Shown: positions 8,875-19,680, counted from the stretch's first letter. The stretch: DNA of 64,000 bases from an uncultured Desulfosarcina sp. (GCA_963674945.2 CAXXWQ010000004.1:2304001-2368000); one strand, 5' to 3'. The notes: generated from the letters alone by a model not told the origin. A program made the numbers and translations.

Positions 8875-9094
8875 GAAGCACGTCAGTACTTTCATCGTCG
8901 GGTTGGTTCCGGGCAAAAAACACCCGGTTTGAATACAACCAACCAGTGAAACAATGCCCTCACTAATGTTTTTTCCCTTTTTTCCGATAAACGTATTCAC
9001 GGACCCAATGATGTTTTGTACTACCTGTATATTGAATATGTGATCGGTTTTGCAGATGACCGTCGGATCTGAATCATAGCGGGGGAATGGGAAA

Positions 9095-11131
9095 ATGGTA
9101 CTGCTAAGAAATACAAAGATTTCGACCAAGATCATGGGTGGGTTCAGTGTGGTATTGCTGCTGCTTCTCGTCATGGGGTATGTGGGACTTCACGGGATGT
9201 CAGGCACAGCAAAGCGAACGAATCAGGCGGAAGAGGTAAATCGAGTAGTAAAATTGATCCAAAGCGCCCACCAGTATCAAAAAGATTTCATTATTTCCGG
9301 GAAAGAACACGATGCTCGAAAGGTGGATGAGCAGGTCGCCACACTGATCGATCGGGTCGAACGCTCCCGAAATGAGCTGAACCTTACTGCCGACAAGCAG
9401 AAAATCGACCAAATTCTTTCCCGGGCCAAGGCCTATCGTGCCGCTTTCAGTCAATACGTTGCCACGGAAAAGGAGAAGACAGCGTTGTTGGCAAACATGC
9501 AGGCCAGGGCAAACGATGCCATTGCCAAGCTGGAGACAAGTAGTGAAGACCAATTGGTTCGTTTGTCCGACGTGTTATTGGAATTGGGAACGTTCCGTGA
9601 TTCCGGGCTCGATCAATCGGTGTTGGATTCAAAGTTAGAGATGCTTCACCTTCGGATTGATAATACCGATGATGCCAACAGGATGATCAAGTTGTTCCTC
9701 CAAGGGCGAAAAAGCGAGAAAGAATTTCTCATGACGGGCGATCATCGGCATTTTGAAGCGGTTCAATCGATCATTGGGAAAATCACCGATTTGGGTAATA
9801 TGCTAAAAGAGGGTTTCAAAAGCGAAACGGGTGCCAATAATGTGGAGATGGCATTGGGTGCCCTAAACGCCTATTTCGAAGCGTTCAAGGCGTATTCTGC
9901 GAAGATGGAGAAGCAAGAACGGATCGATGCGCAGCTGGCCAAGGCGGCAGGGGCAACCCAGGAAGTGTGTGACGTGGTTTGGGCCGAACAGCGAAACATC
10001 ATGGTATCCGACATCAAACGTTCCAATTTCGTGATCTACCTGATCTGCGGCATCGCCTTGGCCATCAGCGGGGCCGTCGCCGCATGGGTGACCCTTTCCA
10101 TCCGAAAAGCCATTGGATACGCCGTCGCCATTACGACAAAGGTTGCCAACGGCGATTTGCGGGAAAGGATCCAAGTAAAGAGCAAGGATGAGATCGGGGA
10201 CCTGCTGATCGCCATGCAACGGATGGTGAACAACTTGCGCAAAATGCTTCGCGACATCCTTGTCGGAGTCGATAAGTTGGCTTCTTCTTCGACGGAGTTG
10301 TCTATCATCTCCAAGCAATTGGCCGAGTCTTCCGAAAGCTCATCCGGAAAATCGGCTACGGTGGTGGCCGGTGCGGAAGAGATGAGCGGTAACATGAACT
10401 TCGTTGCCGCAGCCGCAGAGAAAACGTCTCAAAATGTCGGCATGGTGGCAAATGCCGCCGAAGAGATGACGGCTACCATCGCCGAGATCGTCCAAAACAC
10501 GGAAAAAGGCCGCGACATCTCCGGTAAAGCCGTTGAAAAGGCGTTCAGTGCATCGGGCAAGATGGCCCATCTGGGCAAAATGGCCCAGGAGGTGGGAAAA
10601 GTGACCGAAACCATTACCGAGATTTCCGAGCAGACCAACCTGCTCGCCCTCAACGCCACCATCGAAGCTGCGCGGGCGGGTGAGGCAGGCAAGGGTTTTG
10701 CCGTGGTGGCCAACGAGATCAAAGAGCTGGCCCAGCAGACGGCCGGCGCAACCCTTCGGATACGCCGCCAGATCGAAAGTATCCAGAACTCAACGACATC
10801 GACGATTGTGGAAATCCAGGAGGTGACCGCGGTTATCAACGATGTCGATGAAGTTGTGGGAAACATCGCCTCGGCCATCGAACAGCAATCGAGTGCAACC
10901 AGGGAAATTTCCGAAAACGTCTCCCAAGCCTCCAGAGGCATTGAAGATATGACCCAAAACGTAACCCAAAGCTCGGTTGTCGCAGCCAGCATTTCCAGTG
11001 AAATTTCGGATGTCAATCACTCTGTCCAGGAGATCGCGACGGCCAGTTCGCAGGTGCAAATCAGCGCAGACGATCTATCGAAGCTGTCCGATCAATTGAA
11101 AGAGATGGCGGTGGATTTTCGGCTTCGCTGA
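9095..11131 (+). CDS. Methyl-accepting chemotaxis protein with large helical periplasmic domain
   Basis: TM-periplasmic-TM-HAMP; signalling hairpin [37 protein letters not shown]. Confidence 0.95.
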   Translation: MVLLRNTKISTKIMGGFSVVLLLLLVMGYVGLHGMSGTAKRTNQAEEVNRVVKLIQSAHQYQKDFIISGKEHDARKVDEQVATLIDRVERSRNELNLTADKQKIDQILSRAKAYRAAFSQYVATEKEKTALLANMQARANDAIAKLETSSEDQLVRLSDVLLELGTFRDSGLDQSVLDSKLEMLHLRIDNTDDANRMIKLFLQGRKSEKEFLMTGDHRHFEAVQSIIGKITDLGNMLKEGFKSETGANNVEMALGALNAYFEAFKAYSAKMEKQERIDAQLAKAAGATQEVCDVVWAEQRNIMVSDIKRSNFVIYLICGIALAISGAVAAWVTLSIRKAIGYAVAITTKVANGDLRERIQVKSKDEIGDLLIAMQRMVNNLRKMLRDILVGVDKLASSSTELSIISKQLAESSESSSGKSATVVAGAEEMSGNMNFVAAAAEKTSQNVGMVANAAEEMTATIAEIVQNTEKGRDISGKAVEKAFSASGKMAHLGKMAQEVGKVTETITEISEQTNLLALNATIEAARAGEAGKGFAVVANEIKELAQQTAGATLRIRRQIESIQNSTTSTIVEIQEVTAVINDVDEVVGNIASAIEQQSSATREISENVSQASRGIEDMTQNVTQSSVVAASISSEISDVNHSVQEIATASSQVQISADDLSKLSDQLKEMAVDFRLR

Positions 11132-11229
11132 TTTCCATATATCCCCCAGTCAAAGCGCGTCGGTGCGTTTATCGTTCAGCGCAACTCTCAAGATTCGTAC
11201 CGGGCCGGGCAGACAGGATAGATTTACAG

Positions 11230-12150
11230 ATGAAGAGGGAAACCAGACGAAGGATCATTCGTTCCACCGTTGGCATCGCCCTGGCGATATGGCTGCTGTT
11301 CTCTTCGGGATTGAAGGTGCCGGGATTGGACGCCACGGCGGACACCTATTTTCAGGATGCCATCACAAAGGCGGGCCTGGCCTATGCCACCATTCGAACC
11401 ATCAACGCCTCTGTTTCGATCATCAAGGAATCGACAGTCCAATTGGAGCCGGCGGGTGTCGGACTCTCCCTGGCGGTAGGACAGGTTCTGGATCCCATCG
11501 ATGACATGACCGAGCGGTTGTCCCATGTGCTGGTGACGGCCATCGTTTCTTTGGGGGTACAAAAACTCTCCTATGAAATCGCTATCTCACTTGTACCCCC
11601 CCTTTTTGCAGCGGCACTGATCATCCTCTCCGTATTGATCTGGGTCGGGGATCATCGCCTCGGTGCCATCCAACACCTGGTGTTTCAGGTGCTGTTGTTC
11701 TCGGCCATTTTTCGGTTCTTTTTGCCGGTCTCCTCCATTGCCAATGCATTCGTGCACGACCACTTCTTCGCCGGTCGAATCGAGACGGCAAAGGCGGAGC
11801 TATCGTTGGGATCGACCGAGCTGGACAGACTCAAAGAGCTCTCCCTGCCGGAGATTGAAGGGGTTTGGACAACCATCGAAAAGGGCAAGTTGTTCTTGAA
11901 AAAAAAATCCGCCGAGTTTAAAGAAGCCGTGGTATACACCGTCGACAACATGGGACGCATCATCGAGAACCTCATGGAACTCACCTTTTTGTATGTCGGG
12001 CTGTTTGTGATTCAAGTCCTCTTCTTGCCCCTGATCTCCTTTTGGATTCTCCTGAAAATTGTCAACGCCCTGTTTGTCCGAAATGCTTTCATCCCACCAA
12101 CAGGTTCATCATATGGGGCCGGTTCCGACACGGCGATGGGGACCAAATAA
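11230..12150 (+). CDS. Hypothetical membrane protein
   Basis: 306 aa ORF with several hydrophobic segments; no motif recognised. Confidence 0.75.
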   Translation: MKRETRRRIIRSTVGIALAIWLLFSSGLKVPGLDATADTYFQDAITKAGLAYATIRTINASVSIIKESTVQLEPAGVGLSLAVGQVLDPIDDMTERLSHVLVTAIVSLGVQKLSYEIAISLVPPLFAAALIILSVLIWVGDHRLGAIQHLVFQVLLFSAIFRFFLPVSSIANAFVHDHFFAGRIETAKAELSLGSTELDRLKELSLPEIEGVWTTIEKGKLFLKKKSAEFKEAVVYTVDNMGRIIENLMELTFLYVGLFVIQVLFLPLISFWILLKIVNALFVRNAFIPPTGSSYGAGSDTAMGTK

Positions 12151-12152
12151 AC

Positions 12153-12200
12153 ATTTCATATGATCGTTTGAAATAAAGAATTGAAACGTCCATTTTAAAA
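12153..12200. promoter_or_regulatory. Candidate PsrA-like TetR operator(s) upstream of the RND operon
   Basis: ATTTCATATGATCGTTTGAAAT (12153-12174) is two mismatches from a perfect palindrome and resembles the PsrA-type AAAC-N4-GTTT box; weaker second site TTGAAACGTCCATTTTAAAA. Confidence 0.55.
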
Positions 12201-12310
12201 TGATATGTTGGGAGCCGTTTTGTCTGGCAATCTTGTTACCCGGGTCCATACGCACCGGAAAATCTCAAAATGAAGCATCGGCTCCGGCCGATATAAGGCG
12301 CAACATCGCA

Positions 12311-13516
12311 ATGAAATCAAAATCCAAAAACCGTTTCCATCTGTTTATCGCCGTCGGCGCGATTCTGTCTCTGTGGACCATGGGGTGTCAGCCACAGGAG
12401 CAATCCCAGAATCGACCACCCCAGAGAACACCGGTAGTGTCCGTCGTGACGGTTACCACGCAACCGGTCACCCTGACCACGGAGTTGCCCGGGCGCACGT
12501 CGGCGTATCGGATCGCGGAGATCCGTCCCCAGGTCAACGGGTTGATTCAGAAGCGCCTGTTTACCGAAGGAAGCGAGGTAAAGGCCGGCGACGTGCTCTA
12601 TCAAATCGATCCCGCACCCTACGAAGCGGCCCTTAAGAATGCAGAGGCCGGACAGGTCCGGTCCGAAGCCAATCTGCCGGCGATGCAGTCAAAGGTGGAG
12701 CGCTACGAAAAACTATTGGCCGAAAGCATCGTCAGCCAGCAGATCTATGACGATGCGGTTGCGGCGCTCAACCAGGCCCATGCCGATGTCCAGTACTGGA
12801 AGGCGACGGTGCAGACGGCACAAATCAATCTGGCCTACACCCGCATCACCGCCCCCATATCCGGCCGGATCGGCCGTTCCAACGTCACCGAGGGGGCCAT
12901 CGTGACGGCCTATCAACCCACACCGCTGGCCACCATTCAGCAGTTGGACCCCATCTACGTGGATGTCCTCCAGCCCACCACCCAACTGCTCCGTATGAAG
13001 CGCTGGCTTGAGAGCGGACGCCTCGACCAAAAAAGCCAGAATCGAAAATCGGTCAAACTCACCCTGGAAGACGGCTCCCCCTATCCGTTGGCGGGAACTC
13101 TTCAGTTCCAGGACGTATCCGTGGATTCCACCACCGGTTCCGTGAACCTGCGGGTGGTGTTTCCCAATCCGGCCCGGCTTCTTTTGCCGGGCATGTTTGT
13201 GCGTGCATTGATCAACGAGGGGACGGACGAAAAAGCAACCACAATCCCCCAACAAACCCTCTTGCGCGATCCCAAAGGAAACCCCATGACCCTTGTCGTG
13301 GATGGAGAAAATATCGTTCAGCAGCGCATGCTGACCCTGGATCGGGCCATTGGGGATCAGTGGGTGGTCGGAAGTGGCCTTTCCGAAGGGGAACGGATCA
13401 TTGCCGAAGGCAGCCAGCAGGTGAAACAGGGAGATACCGTCAAGACAGTCCCCTTCGAGGCCAGCACTGCAGGTGACAAAAACACCGCATCCACGAACGC
13501 CGGCCAGGCCGAGTAA
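12311..13516 (+). CDS. acrA: RND efflux periplasmic adaptor (AcrA/MexA family lipoprotein)
   Basis: Lipobox LWTMGC; ELPGRTSAYRIAEIRPQVNG; APISGRIGRS; QQLDPIYVD; LLPGMFVRA. Confidence 0.92.
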   Translation: MKSKSKNRFHLFIAVGAILSLWTMGCQPQEQSQNRPPQRTPVVSVVTVTTQPVTLTTELPGRTSAYRIAEIRPQVNGLIQKRLFTEGSEVKAGDVLYQIDPAPYEAALKNAEAGQVRSEANLPAMQSKVERYEKLLAESIVSQQIYDDAVAALNQAHADVQYWKATVQTAQINLAYTRITAPISGRIGRSNVTEGAIVTAYQPTPLATIQQLDPIYVDVLQPTTQLLRMKRWLESGRLDQKSQNRKSVKLTLEDGSPYPLAGTLQFQDVSVDSTTGSVNLRVVFPNPARLLLPGMFVRALINEGTDEKATTIPQQTLLRDPKGNPMTLVVDGENIVQQRMLTLDRAIGDQWVVGSGLSEGERIIAEGSQQVKQGDTVKTVPFEASTAGDKNTASTNAGQAE

Positions 13517-13528
13517 CGGGGAGGGACC

Positions 13529-16500
13529 ATGTTATCCAAATTTTTTCTCGAGCGCCCCGTATTTGCCTGGGTCATCGCCATCGTACTGATGGTGGCAGGC
13601 GGACTTGGCATCTACAACCTGCCCATCAGCCAGTATCCGCCTATCGCTCCGCCGTCGATCGCCATCGACACCCTCTATCCGGGGGCCTCTGCGGAAACGA
13701 TTGAAAACAGCATAACCCAGATCATCGAGCAGAAGATGACCGGATTCGACGATATGCTGTATATGTCGGCTTCCAGCGATTCATCGGGCCGATCCCGCAT
13801 CGAATTGACCTTCGCGCCGGGTACCGATCCGGATCTTGCCTGGGCCAAGGTGCAAAACAAACTCCAGCTTGCCATGGCCGGCCTGCCGGAGTCGGTGCAG
13901 CGCCAGGGCGTAATGGTCACCAAGACTACCAGCAATTGGCTGATGGTCGTCGGGCTGGTTTCCGACGATCCCAACATGGGCGGCCATGATATACGCGATT
14001 ATGCCAAGTCCAACCTGGAAAAGGTACTGGCACGGGTGCCGGGCGTGGGAGAGGTGAACGCCTTCGGAACCCAGTACGCCATGCGCATCTGGCTCAATCC
14101 GGAGCGGCTGATCCAGTATAACCTGACCATTCAGGACGTCATTACGGCACTTCGATCCTATAACGTGGAGATCTCCGCCGGCCAGTTCGGCGGCGCTCCG
14201 GCCGTTGAGGGCCAGCGGTTGAACGCCTCCATCATCGTCCAGAGCCTTTTAAAGACGCCCGAGGAGTTCGCCGCCATTCCCTTGCGCGTCAACACCGACG
14301 GATCCATCCTCCGGATCAAGGACGTGGGGCGTGCCGAGCTGGGCGCCGAGGAATACAATGTGGATGTCCTCTGGAACGGAATTCCGGGCGCGGGGATGGG
14401 CATTCGTCTGGCATCCGGGGCCAACGCCCTTGCCACCGCCGAAGCGGTGCGTACCAAGATGGACGAGATGAGCCGCTATTTTCCTCCGGGCATGAAGGTG
14501 GTCTACCCGGACGATACCACACCCTTCATCTCCATGGCCATCAAAGAGGTAATCAAGACCCTGTTCGAGGCCGTCATCCTGGTTTTTCTGGTGATGTATC
14601 TGTTCATGGGAAACATGCGGGCCACGCTGATCCCCACCATCGCCGTTCCGGTGGTGATCCTGGGCACCTTCGCAGTATTGGGGCTGTTCGGTTACTCCAT
14701 CAACATGCTGACCATGTTCGCCATGGTGCTGGCCATCGGTCTGTTGGTCGACGATGCCATCGTGGTGGTGGAAAACGTGGAGCGCATCATGCGGGAAGAG
14801 GGACTCTCCCCCCATGCGGCCACGGCCAAATCCATGGAGCAGATCACCAGCGCCCTGATCGGCATCGGCCTGGTGCTTGCGGCGGTCTTCGGTCCCATGG
14901 CCTTTTTCCCCGGCTCAACGGGCGTCATCTATCGTCAGTTTTCCGTCACCATCGTCGCGGCCATGCTGCTTTCAGTAGTCGTGGCCCTGATTCTGACGCC
15001 GGTTCTCTGCGCATCCCTGCTCAAGCCCGTGCCCGCCGGCCACGAACCGGCCGACAACGCCGTATTCTTCATGCGTCCCTTTTTCCGGTGGTTCGACCAT
15101 GCCTTCTTCCGGTCCCGGAATCTTTATATAAAGGTGGTCGGGCGCTTTTTGCATAAACCGCTGCGCTACATCCTCGCCTTCCTGCTCATCGTGGCGGCCA
15201 TGGGCTACCTGTTCGAGAAGCTGCCCACCGCCTATCTTCCCGAGGAAGACCAGGGTATCTTTTATGTCCAGGCCATGCTGCCCCCCAACTCTACCATGGA
15301 GCAAACCCAGGCCGTTATGGACTATGTGAAAAAGTATCTTCTCACAAAGGAGAGCGAGGCGGTCGAATCCATGTTTACGCTCTCCGGCTTCAGTTTTTCC
15401 GGTCGCGGACAAAACGCCGGTCTGGCCTTCATCCGGCTCAGGGACTGGGAGCTTCGGGACCGGCCCGATCTGAAAGTGCAGGCGGTGGCCGGTCGAGCCA
15501 TGAGGGCCTTTGCTCAGATAAAAAACGCCAGGGTGTATGCCTTCGCACCCCCGGCGGTCAGTGCATTGGGGCAGGCCAATGGTTTCAATTTCCAGCTTCT
15601 GGACCGCGGCGGCGCGGGCCACGCCGCCCTGATGGCAGCCAGAAACCGACTCCTGGGCATCGTCGCCAGGGATCCGCGGTTGACCCGGGTGCGGCCCAAT
15701 GGTCTGGAGGATGAACCCCAATACCGCATCGATGTGGACTGGGAAAAGGCCGGTGCCATGGGTGTACCCATCACGGCCATCCACCAAACCATTTCCGCGG
15801 CCTTCGGCAGCGCCTATGTCAACGACTTCATCCACGCCGGAAGGGTAAAAAGAGTCTATGTCCAGGCCGATGCCCCATACCGGCGGCTGCCCAGCGACCT
15901 GGAAAGGTTGTATGTAGGCAACAATGCGGGAAAAATGGTTCCCTTCTCCTCTTTCGCCTCGGGGCACTGGTCATCCGGATCACCCAAGCTGGAAAGGTAC
16001 AACGGCTTTCCGTCCATCAATATCTGGGGCGAAGCGGCCCATGGCAAGAGTTCCGGCGAGGCCATGCAGGCCATGGAGGAGGCGGTGGCCCAACTGCCCA
16101 AGGCCTTCGGGTTTGACTGGACCGGACTCTCCTACCAGGAACGCCAGTCCGGATCCCAGGCGCCGCTGCTCTACGCCTTTTCCATTCTGGTAATCTTTTT
16201 ATGTCTGGCCGCCTTGTACGAAAGCTGGCCCATTCCCATTTCCATTCTGTTGACCCTGCCCCTGGGCGCCATCGGCGGTGTGATCGCATCGACGATGATG
16301 GACCTGCCCAATGACGTCTATTTTAAAATCGGAATACTTACCATCTTGGGGTTGACCACGAAAAACGCCATCTTGATCGTCCAGTTTGCAAGGGCGCGCG
16401 TGGACGAGGGCATGCCGCTCATCGATGCGACCCTGGAAGGCGCACGACTGCGGCTTCGACCCATCGTGATGACCTCCCTGGCTTTCGGGTTCGGCGTGCT

Positions 16501-16705
16501 GCCCCTGGCCCTGGCGAGGGGAGCCGGCGCCGGTGCCCAACAGGCCATCGGCATCGGCGTGGTAGGTGGCGTGGTGACGTCCACCATCCTGGTCATCAGT
16601 TATGCGCCGCTTTTTTATGTGTTGATTTACAAGGCACTCGGCCGGCACAGGAAGCGCGAACGGTCAGGCCACAAGGAGATTTCGGCTTCAGATTCGCCGT
16701 CGTGA
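13529..16705 (+). CDS. acrB: RND efflux permease (AcrB/MexB, HAE1)
   Basis: 1058 aa; FFLERPVFAWV, LPISQYPPIAPP, GLLVDDAIVVVENVER, KNAILIV, RLRPIVMTSLAF. Confidence 0.96.
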   Translation: MLSKFFLERPVFAWVIAIVLMVAGGLGIYNLPISQYPPIAPPSIAIDTLYPGASAETIENSITQIIEQKMTGFDDMLYMSASSDSSGRSRIELTFAPGTDPDLAWAKVQNKLQLAMAGLPESVQRQGVMVTKTTSNWLMVVGLVSDDPNMGGHDIRDYAKSNLEKVLARVPGVGEVNAFGTQYAMRIWLNPERLIQYNLTIQDVITALRSYNVEISAGQFGGAPAVEGQRLNASIIVQSLLKTPEEFAAIPLRVNTDGSILRIKDVGRAELGAEEYNVDVLWNGIPGAGMGIRLASGANALATAEAVRTKMDEMSRYFPPGMKVVYPDDTTPFISMAIKEVIKTLFEAVILVFLVMYLFMGNMRATLIPTIAVPVVILGTFAVLGLFGYSINMLTMFAMVLAIGLLVDDAIVVVENVERIMREEGLSPHAATAKSMEQITSALIGIGLVLAAVFGPMAFFPGSTGVIYRQFSVTIVAAMLLSVVVALILTPVLCASLLKPVPAGHEPADNAVFFMRPFFRWFDHAFFRSRNLYIKVVGRFLHKPLRYILAFLLIVAAMGYLFEKLPTAYLPEEDQGIFYVQAMLPPNSTMEQTQAVMDYVKKYLLTKESEAVESMFTLSGFSFSGRGQNAGLAFIRLRDWELRDRPDLKVQAVAGRAMRAFAQIKNARVYAFAPPAVSALGQANGFNFQLLDRGGAGHAALMAARNRLLGIVARDPRLTRVRPNGLEDEPQYRIDVDWEKAGAMGVPITAIHQTISAAFGSAYVNDFIHAGRVKRVYVQADAPYRRLPSDLERLYVGNNAGKMVPFSSFASGHWSSGSPKLERYNGFPSINIWGEAAHGKSSGEAMQAMEEAVAQLPKAFGFDWTGLSYQERQSGSQAPLLYAFSILVIFLCLAALYESWPIPISILLTLPLGAIGGVIASTMMDLPNDVYFKIGILTILGLTTKNAILIVQFARARVDEGMPLIDATLEGARLRLRPIVMTSLAFGFGVLPLALARGAGAGAQQAIGIGVVGGVVTSTILVISYAPLFYVLIYKALGRHRKRERSGHKEISASDSPS

Positions 16706-16786
16706 GAAAGTTGCATGTCCTGATATGCAATGGGAAAAAGCAATGTCCTGAGCGATCCGTTCCAACCCAGTGAAGGGTGAAACCCG

Positions 16787-17467
16787 ATGATCGACGCCAG
16801 CCTATTAGAAGAATCGGATACCAAAACCCGCATTTTAAACGTCGCGGAGGCGTTGTTCGCAAAACGAGGTTTTAAGCAGACATCCATCAGCCTCCTGGCC
16901 AAAATGGCGTCGGTCAACCAGGCGGCGGTCAACTACCATTTCGGATCCAAGGACGCCTTGATCGAAAAGGTGGTCAAACGCCGATTGTCCCAGATCCATG
17001 ACTTGCGAATGAAAAACCTGACCGAAGTGCAGCGGGAGGCCCGGAAAAGGGGAACCATACCCGACCTGGAAGCGCTGATTCGCGCCTTTATCGAGCCGAC
17101 CTTGCGGTTTCGGGAAGACAAGACGGGTGCAGACAATTTAATGATGATCGCGGGACGTGCCGTCTCGGAACTGGACATGACCGTCCAGAAAATCTTCGAT
17201 GAAAATTTTAAACCCGGTTTCCTGCTTTTTTCGCAATTGATGGGAGAGGTCTTTCCGGATATGCCGAAAGCGGAACTGCGCTGGCGTATCTATTTCATCT
17301 TCGGAATATTGTCCCAGGTCATGCAGTTATTCGCAAGAATTGCACCGGTCCCTGACTACTTTCCTTCCGAGGAAAATCCCGATACCCTGATCCGGCGAAT
17401 GATCGCTTTTATGGCGTCAGGCGTGAACGCCCCCTGCCCAGAGGGTGGGAAGGGGAAAGATGGGTGA
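16787..17467 (+). CDS. TetR-family regulator (PsrA/CerR-like)
   Basis: TKTRILNVAEALFAKRGF...VNQAAVNYHFGSKDALI. Confidence 0.92.
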   Translation: MIDASLLEESDTKTRILNVAEALFAKRGFKQTSISLLAKMASVNQAAVNYHFGSKDALIEKVVKRRLSQIHDLRMKNLTEVQREARKRGTIPDLEALIRAFIEPTLRFREDKTGADNLMMIAGRAVSELDMTVQKIFDENFKPGFLLFSQLMGEVFPDMPKAELRWRIYFIFGILSQVMQLFARIAPVPDYFPSEENPDTLIRRMIAFMASGVNAPCPEGGKGKDG

Positions 17468-17530
17468 TGGTTGCGGCAGTTGCCCTCCGAAGATACAAAA
17501 GGAAGGCAGCCGCCTCATGAAACCAGTGTT

Positions 17531-17603
17531 TGATGAACTCGTAAAAAGTCACTGATCAGACGGATCCGTAAAAAGCCAGAGATCAAGGATTGCGAATCCG
17601 TCA
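17531..17603 (+). repeat. Miniature repeat, type 1, internally deleted copy
   Basis: TGATGAACTCGTAAAAAG...GACGGATCCGTAAAAAGCCAGAGATCAAGGATTGCGAATCCGTCA aligns by eye to both ends of the copy at 41035-41187. Confidence 0.75.
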
Positions 17604-17610
17604 ATATTTA

Positions 17611-18015
17611 TCAATCCCGCTGGCACAGCTCCACCAGGACGCCGTTGGTAGCCTTGGGATGCAAGAAGGCGATCTTGGCGCCACCCGCACCGATACGGGG
17701 CGTCTGATCGATGAGTTTCACACCCTTTTCCTTCAGTTCGGCCAACGCCTCCTCGATGTTTTCCACGCGAAAGGCCACGTGTTGGATTCCCTGGCCCTTC
17801 TTCTCGATATATTTGGCAACCGGACCATCGGGAGCCGTGGATTCCAGAAGTTCCACCTCGCTTTCGCCCACGGGGAAAAACGCCGTGGTGACCTTTTGTT
17901 CGGAAACGGTTTCCGCGCCTTCAAATTCAAGTCCCAGGACATCGGACCAGAATCCTTTCCCCTCTTCGATGCTGTTTACTGCAATGCCCAGATGGTCGAT
18001 CTTCAATACTTTCAT
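17611..18015 (-). CDS. mce: Methylmalonyl-CoA epimerase
   Basis: 134 aa from ATG 18015 with RBS AAGGAGG; IDHLGIAV, GQGIQHVAFRV, FLHPKATNGVLVELCQ. Confidence 0.93.
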   Translation of the reverse strand: MKVLKIDHLGIAVNSIEEGKGFWSDVLGLEFEGAETVSEQKVTTAFFPVGESEVELLESTAPDGPVAKYIEKKGQGIQHVAFRVENIEEALAELKEKGVKLIDQTPRIGAGGAKIAFLHPKATNGVLVELCQRD

Positions 18016-18073
18016 CCTGTGTGCCTCCTTTTCCACCTGTTTGGATAATAGAAATTCTCTTTGATTGTTATCA

Positions 18074-19255
18074 TCACTTGAATTTTGCCATGACCTTCTG
18101 AAACGCAGGCATCGCGTCGACGATGGTTTGATCATCCACGCAAAACGAGATCCGAAAATGACCCGGTCCGGAAAATGCGCACCCGGGTACAACCAGCACC
18201 GACTCCTCCTGCAACGCCTCCACGAAGGCCACGTCATCGGCAATGGGGGTGCGGGGAAAGACGAAAAAGGTTCCCTGGGGCAATGTGAAATCGTAGCCGG
18301 CATCGGTAAGACCTTCACACAAAAGGTCTCTTTTCCGTTGAACATCGCCCACATCCACACTCACACCCTGCAGAAAGGCAACCACCCGTTGCATCAACGA
18401 TGGTGCATTGACGAATCCCAAAATCCGATTGGCCATGGCCATACCGGCCATGATCATCTCTTTGTGGACGGCGGCAGGATTCACTGCGGCGAAACCGATA
18501 CGCTCACCGGCAATGGCAATATCCCTGGAGTAAGAGGTGGCAATGATGGAATCGTCGTAGCATTGGAAGACGGACGGAACCCGCACATCGTCGAAGACAA
18601 TTTTTCGAAAGGGCTCATGGGAAACCAGGTAGATGGTTCGACCGAATTGGCGGCTCTTTTCCTTCATTAGACGCCCAAGCCCATCCATGGTGGCCATGTC
18701 GTAAATCCGGCCGGTGGGATTGTTGGGGGAGTTGATCAGCACGATCTTGGTTTTATCGCCGATGGCGCCTGCCAGTGTGGAAAGATCGAGGGAAAAATCC
18801 GGTTTCGTCCCCACCGATTTTATTACACCACCATGATTTTCCGCATAAAAGCCGTAGGCCAGCGAACTCGGCCTGACGGTCAACACCTGGTCTCCGGGGT
18901 CCAGCAGCGCCTTGAATATCACATTCAAGGCCCCGGCCGACCCGCATGTCATGATGATTTCGCTGCAGGAGACCTGAGTCTTTTGTTCTGTGGCCAGATA
19001 TTCAGCGATGGCATCGCAAACCTGCGGATACCCCACCTGGGGCATGTAGCAATGGTCCCCGAGCCCACAGGAATCCACGGTATCGCGAAGCGTCTCACCG
19101 AATTGTTCCGGCGGCGAAAGGTTGGGACTTTCCAGGGTGAAATCGAAGACCTCGTCGATTCCGTGCTTCCCATCGAGCCGTGCGTCCTCTTCGAAAATGT
19201 CATGAATCCATGACGCATTGGCCATGATGTCGTTGATTTTTCTGGCGACGGTCAT
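18074..19255 (-). CDS. Class I/II aminotransferase homolog lacking the PLP lysine (probable pseudo-enzyme)
   Basis: Intact 393-aa ORF, RBS AGGAGG; NSPNNPTG, GERIG and GHFRIS retained, but SHEPF replaces SDEPY and SYSRD replaces SxSK. Confidence 0.88.
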   Translation of the reverse strand: MTVARKINDIMANASWIHDIFEEDARLDGKHGIDEVFDFTLESPNLSPPEQFGETLRDTVDSCGLGDHCYMPQVGYPQVCDAIAEYLATEQKTQVSCSEIIMTCGSAGALNVIFKALLDPGDQVLTVRPSSLAYGFYAENHGGVIKSVGTKPDFSLDLSTLAGAIGDKTKIVLINSPNNPTGRIYDMATMDGLGRLMKEKSRQFGRTIYLVSHEPFRKIVFDDVRVPSVFQCYDDSIIATSYSRDIAIAGERIGFAAVNPAAVHKEMIMAGMAMANRILGFVNAPSLMQRVVAFLQGVSVDVGDVQRKRDLLCEGLTDAGYDFTLPQGTFFVFPRTPIADDVAFVEALQEESVLVVPGCAFSGPGHFRISFCVDDQTIVDAMPAFQKVMAKFK

Positions 19256-19406
19256 CGTCTTGGCCTCCTGGTAACGTCGGGCTCTGGTGACGTCGGACAT
19301 TGGTTAACGAAATACCCTTTTTAGGGAGATCTCATAGAAAATTCAAGGAATAATTTCGCCCTACGCAAAAGCCACATCTCAATGTGCTGAATCACATACG
19401 TAAATT

Positions 19407-19555
19407 ATTACATATTTGTAATCAGTGACGTGGCATTCTATCCCACGGTCCGCCCATTATCATATGGCACCTCGTAATCCGGGGCGCAAATGGGGTGCAG
19501 AGAAATATAAATTACGTTAATGTAATTTGTTATAAAAATATTTCAATTTTGTACT
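19407..19555. promoter_or_regulatory. Three ATTAC-N6-GTAAT sites upstream of glnK
   Basis: ATTAC-ATATTT-GTAAT (19407), ATTAC-GTTAAT-GTAAT (19511), ATTTC-AATTTT-GTACT (19540). Confidence 0.65.
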
Positions 19556-19662
19556 TATATCCATGGCCAAAACACAAGAATGTCTTCAAGTTGAGCAAAC
19601 GAATATACGGCTAAATTTTATAATCCAATGATACCAACAACATAAATGGTTTTATGTGACAA

Positions 19663-19678
19663 TGGCACAAGCGTTGCT
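19663..19678 (+). promoter_or_regulatory. sigma54 promoter of glnK-amtB
   Basis: TGGCAC-AAGCG-TTGCT, exact -24/-12 consensus. Confidence 0.88.
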
Positions 19679-19680
19679 AA

